This document shows, in pieces, positions 12,201-23,914 of a stretch of 64,000 nt of DNA. The translations under genes were made by a program, and so were the position numbers. Source of the stretch: Eledone cirrhosa (taxonomy: Eukaryota); contig CAXHJY010000096.1 in assembly GCA_964016885.1 (NCBI GenBank), forward strand, positions 2,294,001 through 2,358,000, in the 5' to 3' direction. A model generated the notes under the pieces. It searched no databases, was not told where the DNA came from, and was given only the letters and a program-made list of their open reading frames with translations. The stretch's first letter is position 1, and every line of letters starts with the position of its first letter.

Positions 12201-15200
12201 GGAGATAATTTTCAGCCGTCCAAGGGGAGATAATTTGTAAAAAAAATCAGGGGGAGATAATTTGTAAAAAAAATCAGGGGGAGATAAATTGTAAAAAAAA
12301 ATCAGGGGGAGATAATTTGTAAAAAAAATCAAGGGGAGATAATTTCCAGCCGTCCAAGGGGAGATAATTTTCAGCCGTCCAAGGGGAGATAATTTCCCGC
12401 CAGCCAAGGGAAGATAATATTCAAAAAAATCAGGCGGAGATAATTTGTAAAAAAAATCAGGGGGAGATAATTTGTAAAAAAATCAGGGGGAGATAATTTG
12501 TAAAAAAAAAATCAGGGGGAGATAATTTGTAAAAAAAATCAGGGGGAGATAATTTGTAAAAAAAAATCAGGGGTAGATAATTTGTAAAAAAAAATCAGGG
12601 GGAGATAATTTGTAAAAAAAAATCAGGGGGAGATAATTTGTAAAAAAAATGAAAGGGGAGATAATATCCAGCCGTCCAAGGGGAGATAATTTCCAGCCGT
12701 CCAAGGGGAGATAATATCCAGCCGTCCAAGGGGAGATAATTTCCATCCTTCCAAGGGGATATAATTTCCAGCCGTCCAAGGGGAGATAATTTCCATCCTT
12801 CCAAGGGGATATAATTTCCAGCCGTCCAAGGGGAGATAATTTTCAGCCGTCCAAGGAGAGGTAATTTCTAGCCGTCCAAGGAGAGATAATTTCCAGCCGT
12901 CCAAGGGGAGATAATTTCCAGCCGTCCAAGGGGAGATAATTTCCAGCCGTCCAAGGAGACATATTTTCCAGCCGTCCAAGGAGAGGTAATTCCTAGCCGT
13001 CCAAGGGGAGATAAATTCCAGCCTCCAAGGGGAGATAATTTCCAGCCAGCCAAGGGGAGATAATTTGTAAAAAAAATCAGGGGGAGATAATTTGTAAAAA
13101 AAATCAGGGGGAGATAATTTGTAAAAAAAATCAGGGGGAGATAATTTGTAAAAAATAATCAGGGGGAGATAATTTGTAAAAAAAATCAAGGGGAGATAAT
13201 TTCCAGCCGTCCAAGGGGAGATAATTTTCAGCCGTCCAAGGGGAGATAATTTCCCGCCAGCCAAGGGAAGATAATATTTTAAAAAATTAGGCGGAGATAA
13301 TTTGTAAAAAAATCAGGGGGAGATAATTTGTAAAAAAATCAGGGGGAGATAATTTGTAAAAAAAATCAGGGGGAGATAATTTGTAAAAAAAATCAGGGGG
13401 AGATAATTTGTAAAAAAAAATCAGGGGTAGATAATTTGTAAAAAAAAATCAGGGGGAGATAATTTGTAAAAAAATTCAAGGGGAGATAATTTCCAGCCGT
13501 CCAAGGGAAGATAATTTCCAGCCCTCCAAGGGGCTATAATTTCCAGCGTCCAAGGGGAGATAATTTCCAGCCAGCGAAGGGGAGATAATTTTTTAAAAAA
13601 AATCATTGGGAGATTTGTAAAAAAAATCAGGGGGAGATAATTTGTAAAAAAAATCAAGGGGAGATAATTTCCAGCCGTCCAAGGGGAGGTAATATCTAGC
13701 CGTCCAAGGGTAGATAATTTCCAGCCGTCCAACGGGAGATAATTTCCAGCCGTCCAAGGGTAGATAATATCCAGCCGCCCAAGGACATATTTTCCAGCCG
13801 TCCAAGGAGAGGTAATTTCTAGCCGTCCAAGGGGAGATAATTTCCAGCCGTCCAAGGGTAGATAATATCCAGCCGTCCAAGGACATATTTTCCAGCCGTC
13901 CAAGGAGAGGTAATTTCTAGCCGTCCAAGGGGAGATAAATTCCAGCCTCCAAGGGGAGATAATTTCCAGCCAGCCAAGGGGAGATAATTTGTAAAAAAAT
14001 CAGGGGGAGATAATTTGTAAAAAAAATCAGGGGGAGATAATTTGTAAAAAAAAATCAGGGGGAGATAATTTGTAAAAAAAAATCAGGGGGAGATAATTTG
14101 CAAAAAAAATCAGGGGGAGATAATTTGTAAAAAAAAATCAGGGGTAGATAATTTGTAAAAAAAAATCAGGGGGAGATTTGTAAAAAAAAATCAGGGGGAG
14201 ATAATTTGTAAAAAAAATCAAGGGGAGATAATTTCCAGCCGTCCAAGGAGAGATAATTTTAAAAAAAATCAGGCGGAGATAATTTGTAAAAAAAAATCAG
14301 GGGGAGATAATTTGTAAAAAAAAATCAGGGGGAGATAATTTGTAAAAAAAAATCAGGGGGAGATAATTTGTAAAAAAAATCAGGAGATAATTTGTAAAAA
14401 AAATCAAGGGGAGATAATTTCCAGCCGTCCAAGGAGAGATAATTTAAAAAAAAATCAGGCGGAGATAATTTGTAGAAAAAAATCAGGGGGAGATAATTTG
14501 TAAAAAAAAATCAGGGGGAGATAATTTGTAAAAAAAATCAAGGGGAGATAATTTCCAGCCGTCCAAGGGGAGATAATTTTCAGCCGTCCAAGGGGAGATA
14601 ATTTCCCGCCAGCCAAGGGAAGATAATATTCAAAAAAATCAGGCGGAGATAATTTGTAAAAAAAATCAGGGGGAGATAATTTGTAAAAAAATCAGGGGGA
14701 GATAATTTGTAAAAAAAAAAATCAGGGGGAGATAATTTTTAAAAAAAATCAGGGGGAGATAATTTGTAAAAAAAAATCAGGGGTAGATAATTTGTAAAAA
14801 AAAATCAGGGGGAGATAATTTGTAAAAAAAAATCAGGGGGAGATAATTTGTAAAAAAAATGAAAGGGGAGATAATATCCAGCCGTCCAAGGGGAGATAAT
14901 TTCCAGCCGTCCAAGGGGAGATAATTTCCAGCCGTCCAAGGGGAGATAATTTCCATCCTTCCAAGGGGATATAATTTCCAGCCGTCCAAGGGGAGATAAT
15001 TTCCATCCTTCCAAGGGGATATAATTTCCAGCCGTCCAAGGGGAGATAATTTTCAGCCGTCCAAGGAGAGGTAATTTCTAGCCGTCCAAGGAGAGATAAT
15101 TTCCAGCCGTCCAAGGGGAGATAATTTCCAGCCGTCCAAGGGGAGATAATTTCCAGCCGTCCAAGGAGACATATTTTCCAGCCGTCCAAGGAGAGGTAAT

Positions 15201-15600
15201 TCCTAGCCGTCCAAGGGGAGATAAATTCCAGCCTCCAAGGGGAGATAATTTCCAGCCAGCCAAGGGGAGATAATTTGTAAAAAAAATCAGGGGGAGATAA
15301 TTTGTAAAAAAAATCAGGGGGAGATAATTTGTAAAAAAAAATCAGGGGGAGATAATTTGTAAAAAATAATCAGGGGGAGATAATTTGTAAAAAAAATCAA
15401 GGGGAGATAATTTCCAGCCGTCCAAGGGGAGATAATTTTCAGCCGTCCAAGGGGAGATAATTTCCCGCCAGCCAAGGGAAGATAATATTTAAAAAAATTA
15501 GGCGGAGATAATTTGTAAAAAAAATCAGGGGGAGATAATTTGTAAAAAAATCAGGGGGAGATAATTTGTAAAAAAAATCAGGGGGAGATAATTTGTAAAA
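9250..15600 (+). repeat. Dispersed segmental copy of ~22394-29870 with a 1,123-bp internal deletion
   Basis: The offset is 13,144 (9487/22631, 11851/24995) and switches to 14,267 (12567/26834, 15078/29345) at 12237. The right boundary is approximate. Confidence 0.85.
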
Positions 15601-18600
15601 AAAATCAGGGGGAGATAATTTGTAAAAAAAAATCAGGGGGAGATAATTTGTAAAAAAAATCAAGGGGAGATAATTTCCAGCCGTCCAAGGGAAGATAATT
15701 TCCAGCCCTCCAAGGGGCTATAATTTCCAGCGTCCAAGGGGAGATAATTTCCAGCCAGCGAAGGGGAGATAATTTTTTTTAAAAAATCATTGGGAGATTT
15801 GTAAAAAAAATCAGGGGGAGATAATTTGTAAAAAAAATCAAGGGGAGATAATTTCCAGCCGTCCAAGGGGAGGTAATATCTAGCCGTCCAAGGGGAGATA
15901 ATTTCCAGCCGTCCAAGGGGAGATAATTTCCAGCCGTCCAAGTGTAGATAATATCCAGCCGTCCAAGGACATATTTTCCAGCCGTCCAAGGAGAGGTAAT
16001 TTCTAGCCGTCCAAGGGGAGATAAATTCCAGCCTCCAAGGTGAGATAATTTCCAGCCAGCCAAGGGGAGATAATTTGTAAAAAAATCAGGGGGAGATAAT
16101 TTGTAAAAAAAATCAGGGGGAGATAATTTGTAAAAAAAAATCAGGGGGAGATAATTTGTAAAAAAAATCAGGGGGAGATAATTTGTAAAAAAAAATCAGG
16201 GGGAGATAATTTGTAAAAAAAATCAAGGGGAGATAATTTCCAGCCGTCCAAGGGGAGATAATTTCCCGCCAGCCAAGGGAAGATAATATTTAAAAAAATC
16301 AGGCGGAGATAATTTGTAAAAAAAATCAGGGGGAGATAATTTGTAAAAAAATCAGGGGGAGATAATTTGTAAAAAAAAAATCAGGGGGAGATAATTTGTA
16401 AAAAAAATCAGGGGGAGATAATTTGTAAAAAAAAATCAGGGGTAGATAAATTGTAAAAAAAAATCAGGGGGAGATAATTTGTAAAAAAATCAGGGGGAGA
16501 TAATTTGTAAAAAAAATGAAAGGGGAGATAATATCCAGCCGTCCAAGGGGAGATAATTTCCAGCCGTCCAAGGGGAGATAATTTCCAGCCGTCCAAGGGG
16601 AGATAATTTCCATCCTTCCAAGGGGATATAATTTCCAGCCGTCCAAGGGGAGATAATTTCCCGCCAGCCAAGGGAAGATAATTTTTAAAAAAATCAGGCG
16701 GAGATTGTAAAAAAAATCAGGGGGGAGATAATTTGTAAAAAAAATCAGGGGGAGATAATTTGTAAAAAAAAATCAGGGGGAGATAATTTGTAAAAAATAA
16801 TCAGGGGGAGATAATTTGTAAAAAAAAATCAAGGGGAGATAATTTCCAGCCGTCCAAGGGGAGATAATTTCCCGCCAGCCAAGGGAAGATAATTTTTAAA
16901 AAAATCAGGCGGAGATTGTAAAAAAAATCAGGGGGGAGATAATTTGTAAAAAAATCAGGGGGAGATAATTTGTAAAAAATAATCAGGGGGAGATAATTTG
17001 TAAAAAAATTCAAGGGGAGATAATTTCCAGCCGTCCAAGGGGAGATAATTTCCCGCCAGCCAAGGGAAGATAATATTTAAAAAAATTAGGCGGAGATAAT
17101 TTGTAAAAAAAATCAGGGGGAGATAATTTGTAAAAAAATCAGGGGGAGATAATTTGTAAAAAAAATCAGGGGGAGATAATTTGTAAAAAAAATCATGGGG
17201 AGATAATTTGTAAAAAAAAATCAGGGGGAGATAATTTGTAAAAAAAAATCAGGGGGAGATAATTTGTAAAAAAAATCAAGGGGAGATAATATCCAGCCGT
17301 CCAAGGAGAGATAATTTTAAAAAAAAATGAGGCGGAGATAATTTGTAAAAAAAAATGAGGGGGAGATAATTTGTAAAAAAAATCAAGGGGAGATAATTTC
17401 CAGCCGTCCAAGGGGAGATAATTTTCAGCCGTCCAAGGAGAGGTAATTTCTAGCCGTCCAAGGGGAGATAATTTCCAGCCGTCCAAGGGGAGGTAATTTC
17501 CAGCCGTCCAAGGGGAGATAAATTAAAAAAAAAAATCAGGCGGAGATAATTTGTAAAAAAAATCAAGGGGAGATAATTTGCAGCCGTCCAATGGGAGATA
17601 ATTTTCAGTCGTCCAAGGAGAGGTAATTTCTAGCCGTCCAAGGGGAGATAATTTCCAGCCGTCCAAGGGGAGATAATTTCCAGCCGTCCAAGGGGAGATA
17701 ATTTTTTTTAAAAAATCAGGCGGAGATAATTTGTAAAAAAAATCAGGGGGAGATAATTTGTAAACAAAATCAGGGGGAGATAATTTGTAAAAAAAAATCA
17801 GGGGGAGATAATTTGTAAAAAAAATTAGGCGTAGATAATTTGTAAAAAAAAATCAGGGGGAGATAATTTGTAAAAAAAAATCAGGGGGAGATAATTTGTT
17901 TAAAAAATCAAGGGGAGATAATTTGCAGCCGTCCAAGGGGAGATAATTTTCAGCCGTCCAAGGAGAGGTAATTTCTAGCCGTTCAAGGAGGGATAATTTC
18001 CAGCCGTCCAAGGGGAGATAATTTCCAGCCGTCCAAGGGGAGATAATTTTTTTTAAAAAATCAGGCGGAGATAATTTGTAAAAAAAAATCAGGGGGAGAT
18101 AATTCGTAAAAAAAAATCAGGGGGAGATAATTTGTAAAAAAAAATCAGGGGGAGATAATTTGTAAAAAAAATCAAGGGGAGATAATTTCCAGCCGTCCAA
18201 GGGGAGGTAATATCTAGCCGTCCAAGGGGAGATAATTTCCAGCCGTCCAAGGGGAGATAATTTCCAGCCGTCCAAGGGGAGATAATTTCCAGCCGTCCAA
18301 GGAGACATATTTTCCAGCCGTCCAAGGCGAGGTAATTTCTAGCCGTCCAAGGGGAGATAAATTCCAGCCTCCAAGGGGAGATAATTTCCAGCCAGCCAAG
18401 GGGAGATAATTTGTAAAAAAATCAGGGGGAGATAATTTGTAAAAAATATCAGGGAGATAATTTGTAAAAAAAAATCAGGGGGAGATAATTTGTAAAAAAA
18501 ATCAGGGGGAGATAATTTGTAAAAAAAAATCAGGGGGAGATAATTTGTAAAAAAAATCAAGGGGAGATAATTTCCAGCCGTCCAAGGGGAGATAATTTTC

Positions 18601-20749
18601 AGCCGTCCAAGGAGAGGTAATTTCTAGCCGTCCGAGGAGAGATAATTTCCAGCCGTCCAAGGGGAGATAATTTCCAGCCGTCCAAGGGGAGATAATTTCC
18701 AGCCGTCCAAGGAGACATATTTTCCAGCCGTCCAAGGAGAGGTAATTTCTAGCCATCCAAGGGGAGATAAATTCCAGCCTCCAAGGGGAGATAATTTCCA
18801 GCCAGCCAAGGGGAGATAATTTGTAAAAAAATCAGGGGGAGATAATTTGCAAAAAAAATCAGGGGGAGATAATTTGTAAAAAAATCAGGGGGAGATAATT
18901 TGTAAAAAATAATCAGGGGGAGATAATTTCCAGCCGTCGAAGGGGAGATAATTTAAAAAAAAATCAGGCGGAGATAATTTGTAAAAAAAAATCAGGGGGA
19001 GATAATTTGTAAAAAAAAATCAGGGGGAGATAATTTGTAAAATAAATCAAGGGGAGATAATTTCCAGCCGTCCAAGGGGAGATAATTTTCAGCCGTCCAA
19101 GGGGAGATAATTTCCCGCCAGCCAAGGGAAGATAATATTTAAAAAAATCAGGCGGAGATAATTTGTAAAAAAAATCAGGGGGAGATAATTTGTAAAAAAA
19201 TCAGGGGGAGATAATTTGTAAAAAAAAATCAGGGGGAGATAATTTGTAAAAAAAATCAGGGGGAGATAATTTGTAAAAAAAAATCAGGGGTAGATAATTT
19301 GTAAAAAAAAATCAGGGGGAGATAATTTGTAAAAAAAAATCAGGGGGAGATAATTTGTAAAAAAAATGAAAGGGGTGATAATATCCAGCCGTCCAAGGGG
19401 AGATAATTTCCAGCCGTCCAAGGGGAGATAATTTCCAGCCGTCCAAGGGGAGATAATTTCCATCCTTCCAAGGGGATATAATTTCCAGCCGTCCAAGGGG
19501 AGATAATTTCCATCCTTCCAAGGGGATATAATTTCCAGCCGTCCAAGGGGAGATAATTTTCAGCCGTCCAAGGAGAGGTAATTTCTAGCCGTCCAAGGAG
19601 AGATAATTTCCAGCCGTCCAAGGGGAGATAATTTCCAGCCGTCCAAGGGGAGATAATTTCCAGCCGTCCAAGGAGACATATTTTCCAGCCGTCCAAGGAG
19701 AGGTAATTCCTAGCCGTCCAAGGGGAGATAAATTCCAGCCTCCAAGGGGAGATAATTTCCAGCCAGCCAAGGGGAGATCATTTGTAAAAAAAATCAGGGG
19801 GAGATAATTTGTAAAAAAAATCAGGGGGAGATAATTTGTAAAAAAAAATCAGAGGGAGATAATTTGTAAAAAATAATCAGGGGGAGATAATTTGTAAAAA
19901 AAATCAAGGGGAGATAATTTCCAGCCGTCCAAGGGGAGATAATTTTCAGCCGTCCAAGGGGAGATAATTTCCCGCCAGCCAAGGGAAGATAATATTTAAA
20001 AAAATTAGGCGGAGATAATTTGTAAAAAAAATCAGGGGGAGATAATTTGTAAAAAAATCAGGGGGAGATAATTTGTAAAAAAAATCAGGGGGAGATAATT
20101 TGTAAAAAAAAATCAGGGGTAGATAATTTGTAAAAAAAAATCAGGGGGAGATAATTTGTAAAAAAAATCAGGGGGAGATAATTTGTAAAAAAAATCAGGG
20201 GGAGATAATTTGTAAAAAAAAATCAGGGGTAGATAATTTGTAAAAAAAAATCAGGGGGAGATAATTTGTAAAAAAAATCAAGGGGAGATAATTTCCAGCC
20301 GTCCAAGGGGCTATAATTTCCAGCGTCCAAGGGGAGATAATTTCCAGCCAGCGAAGGGGAGATAATTTTTTTTTCAAAATCATTGGGAGATTTGTAAAAA
20401 AAATCAGGGGGAGATAATTTGTAAAAAAAATCAAGGGGAGATAATTTCCAGCCGTCCAAGGGGAGGTAATATCTAGCCGTCCAAGGGGAGATAATTTCCA
20501 GCCGTCCAAGGGTAGATAATATCCAGCCGTCCAAGGACATATTTTCCAGCCGTCCAAGGAGAGGTAATTTCTAGCCGTCCAAGGGGAGATAAATTCCAGC
20601 CTCCAAGGGGAGATAATTTCCAGCCAGCCAAGGGGAGATAATTTGTAAAAAAATCAGGGGGAGATAATTTGTAAAAAAAATCAGGGGGAGATAATTTGTA
20701 AAAAAAAATCAGGGGGAGATAATTTGTAAAAAAAATCAGGGGGAGATAA

Positions 20750-22300
20750 TTTCCAGCCGTCCAAGGGGAGATAATTTTCAGCCGTCCAAGGGGAGATAAT
20801 TTCCCGCCAGCCAAGGGAAGATAATATTCAAAAAAATCAGGCGGAGATAATTTGTAAAAAAAATCAGGGGGAGATAATTTGTAAAAAAATCAGGGGGAGA
20901 TAATTTGTAAAAAAAAAATCAGGGGGAGATAATTTGTAAAAAAAATCAGGGGGAGATAATTTGTAAAAAAAAATCAGGGGTAGATAATTTGTAAAAAAAA
21001 ATCAGGGGGAGATAATTTGTAAAAAAAAATCAGGGGGAGATAATTTGTAAAAAAAATGAAAGGGGAGATAATATCCAGCCGTCCAAGGGGAGATAATTTC
21101 CAGCCGTCCAAGGGGAGATAATTTCCAGCCGTCCAAGGGGAGATAATTTCCATCCTTCCAAGGGGATATAATTTCCAGCCGTCCAAGGGGAGATAATTTC
21201 CATCCTTCCAAGGGGATATAATTTCCAGCCGTCCAAGGGGAGATAATTTTCAGCCGTCCAAGGAGAGGTAATTTCTAGCCGTCCAAGGAGAGATAATTTC
21301 CAGCCGTCCAAGGGGAGATAATTTCCAGCCGTCCAAGGGGAGATAATTTCCAGCCGTCCAAGGAGACATATTTTCCAGCCGTCCAAGGAGAGGTAATTCC
21401 TAGCCGTCCAAGGGGAGATAAATTCCAGCCTCCAAGGGGAGATAATTTCCAGCCAGCCAAGGGGAGATAATTTGTAAAAAAAATCAGGGGGAGATAATTT
21501 GTAAAAAAAATCAGGGGGAGATAAATTGTAAAAAAAAATCAGGGGGAGATAATTTGTAAAAAAAATCAAGGGGAGATAATTTCCAGCCGTCCAAGGGGAG
21601 ATAATTTTCAGCCGTCCAAGGGGAGATAATTTCCCGCCATCCAAGGGAAGATAATATTCAAAAAAATCAGGCGGAGATAATTTGTAAAAAAAATCAGGGG
21701 GAGATAATTTGTAAAAAAATCAGGGGGAGATAATTTGTAAAAAAAAAATCAGGGGGAGATAATTTGTAAAAAAAATCAGGGGGAGATAATTTGTAAAAAA
21801 AAATCAGGGGTAGATAATTTGTAAAAAAAAATCAGGGGGAGATAATTTGTAAAAAAAAATCAGGGGGAGATAATTTGTAAAAAAAATGAAAGGGGAGATA
21901 ATATCCAGCCGTCCAAGGGGAGATAATTTCCAGCCGTCCAAGGGGAGATAATATCCAGCCGTCCAAGGGGAGATAATTTCCATCCTTCCAAGGGGATATA
22001 ATTTCCAGCCGTCCAAGGGGAGATAATTTCCATCCTTCCAAGGGGATATAATTTCCAGCCGTCCAAGGGGAGATAATTTTCAGCCGTCCAAGGAGAGGTA
22101 ATTTCTAGCCGTCCAAGGAGAGATAATTTCCAGCCGTCCAAGGGGAGATAATTTCCAGCCGTCCAAGGGGAGATAATTTCCAGCCGTCCAAGGAGACATA
22201 TTTTCCAGCCGTCCAAGGAGAGGTAATTCCTAGCCGTCCAAGGGGAGATAAATTCCAGCCTCCAAGGGGAGATAATTTCCAGCCAGCCAAGGGGAGATAA
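20750..22300 (+). repeat. 830-bp tandem doublet (also at ~25.8-27.3, 36.7-38.2, 41.2-42.8 and 52.0-53.5 kb)
   Basis: ORF pairs exactly 830 apart: 20974/21804, 26004/26834, 36913/37743, 41446/42276, 52174/53004. Confidence 0.9.
21061..21459 (+). repeat. Conserved 16-monomer (399-bp) type-A module, about 20 full copies plus 2 shorter ones
   Basis: Preceded by AATGAAAGGGG. Fixed variant order: AATAT, 2x(CCATCCTTCC/GGATATA), TTTTCAG, GAGGTAA, GACATATT, TAATTCCTA, AAATTCCAGCCTCC, CCAGCCAGCC. The diagnostic ...GRLGITS... ORF occurs 22 times. Confidence 0.88.
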
Positions 22301-23914
22301 TTTGTAAAAAAAATCAGGGGGAGATAATTTGTAAAAAAAATCAGGGGGAGATAATTTGTAAAAAAAATCAGGGGGAGATAATTTGTAAAAAATAATCAGG
22401 GGGAGATAATTTGTAAAAAAAAATCAGGGGGAGATAATTTGTTTAAAAAATCAAGGGGAGATAATTTGCAGCCGTCCAAGGGGAGATAATTTTCAGCCGT
22501 CCAAGGAGACGTAATTTCTAGCCGTTCAAGGGGAGATAATTTCCAGCCGTCCAAGGGGAGATAATTTCCAGCCGTCCAAGGGGAGATAATTTTTTTTAAA
22601 AAATCAGGCGGAGATAATTTGTAAAAAAAATCAGGGGGAGATAATTCGTAAAAAAAAATCAGGGGGAGATAATTTGTAAAAAAAAATCAGGGGCAGATAA
22701 TTTGTAAAAAAAATCAAGGGGAGATAATTTCCAGCCGTCCAAGGGGAGGTAATATCTAGCCGTCCAAGGGGAGATAATTTCCAGCCGTCCAAGGGGAGAT
22801 AATTTCCAGCCGTCCAAGGGGAGATAATTTCCAGCCGTCCAAGGAGACATATTTTCCAGCCGTCCAAGGCGAGGTAATTTCTAGCCGTCCAAGGGGAGAT
22901 AAATTCCAGCCTCCAAGGGGAGATAATTTCCAGCCAGCCAAGGGGAGATAATTTGTAAAAAAATCAGGGGGAGATAATTTGTAAAAAATATCAGGGAGAT
23001 AATTTGTAAAAAAAAATCAGGGGGAGATAATTTGTAAAAAAAATCAGGGGGAGATAATTTGTAAAAAAAAATCAGGGGGAGATAATTTGTAAAAAAAATC
23101 AAGGGGAGATAATTTCCAGCCGTCCAAGGGGAGATAATTTTCAGCCGTCCAAGGAGAGGTAATTTCTAACCGTCCGAGGAGAGATAATTTCCAGCCGTCC
23201 AAGGGGAGATAATTTCCAGCCGTCCAAGGGGAGATAATTTCCAGCCGTCCAAGGAGACATATTTTCCAGCCGTCCAAGGAGAGGTAATTTCTAGCCGTCC
23301 AAGGGGAGATAAATTCCAGCCTCCAAGGGGAGATAATTTCCAGCCAGCCAAGGGGAGATAATTTGTAAAAAAATCAGGGGGAGATAATTTGCAAAAAAAA
23401 TCAGGGGGAGATAATTTGTAAAAAAAATCAGGGGGAGATAATTTGTAAAAAATAATCAGGGGGAGATAATTTCCAGCCGTCCAAGGGAAGATAATTTCCA
23501 GCCCTCCAAGGGGCTATAATTTCCAGTGTCCAAGGGGAGATAATTTCCAGCCAGCGAAGGGGAGATAATTTTTTTTAAAAAATCATTGGGAGATTTGTAA
23601 AAAAAATCAGGGGGAGATAATTTGTAAAAAAAATCAAGGGGAGATAATTTCCAGCCGTCCAAGGGGAGGTAATATCTAGCCGTCCAAGGGGAGATAATTT
23701 CCAGCCGTCCAAGGGGAGATAATTTCCAGCCGTCCAAGGGTAGATAATATCCAGCCGCCCAAGGACATATTTTCCAGCCGTCCAAGGAGAGGTAATTTCT
23801 AGCCGTCCAAGGGGAGATAAATTCCAGCCTCCAAGAGGAGATAATTTCCAGCCAGCCAAGGGGAGATAATTTGTAAAAAAATCAGGGGGAGATAATTTGT
23901 AAAAAAAATCAGGG

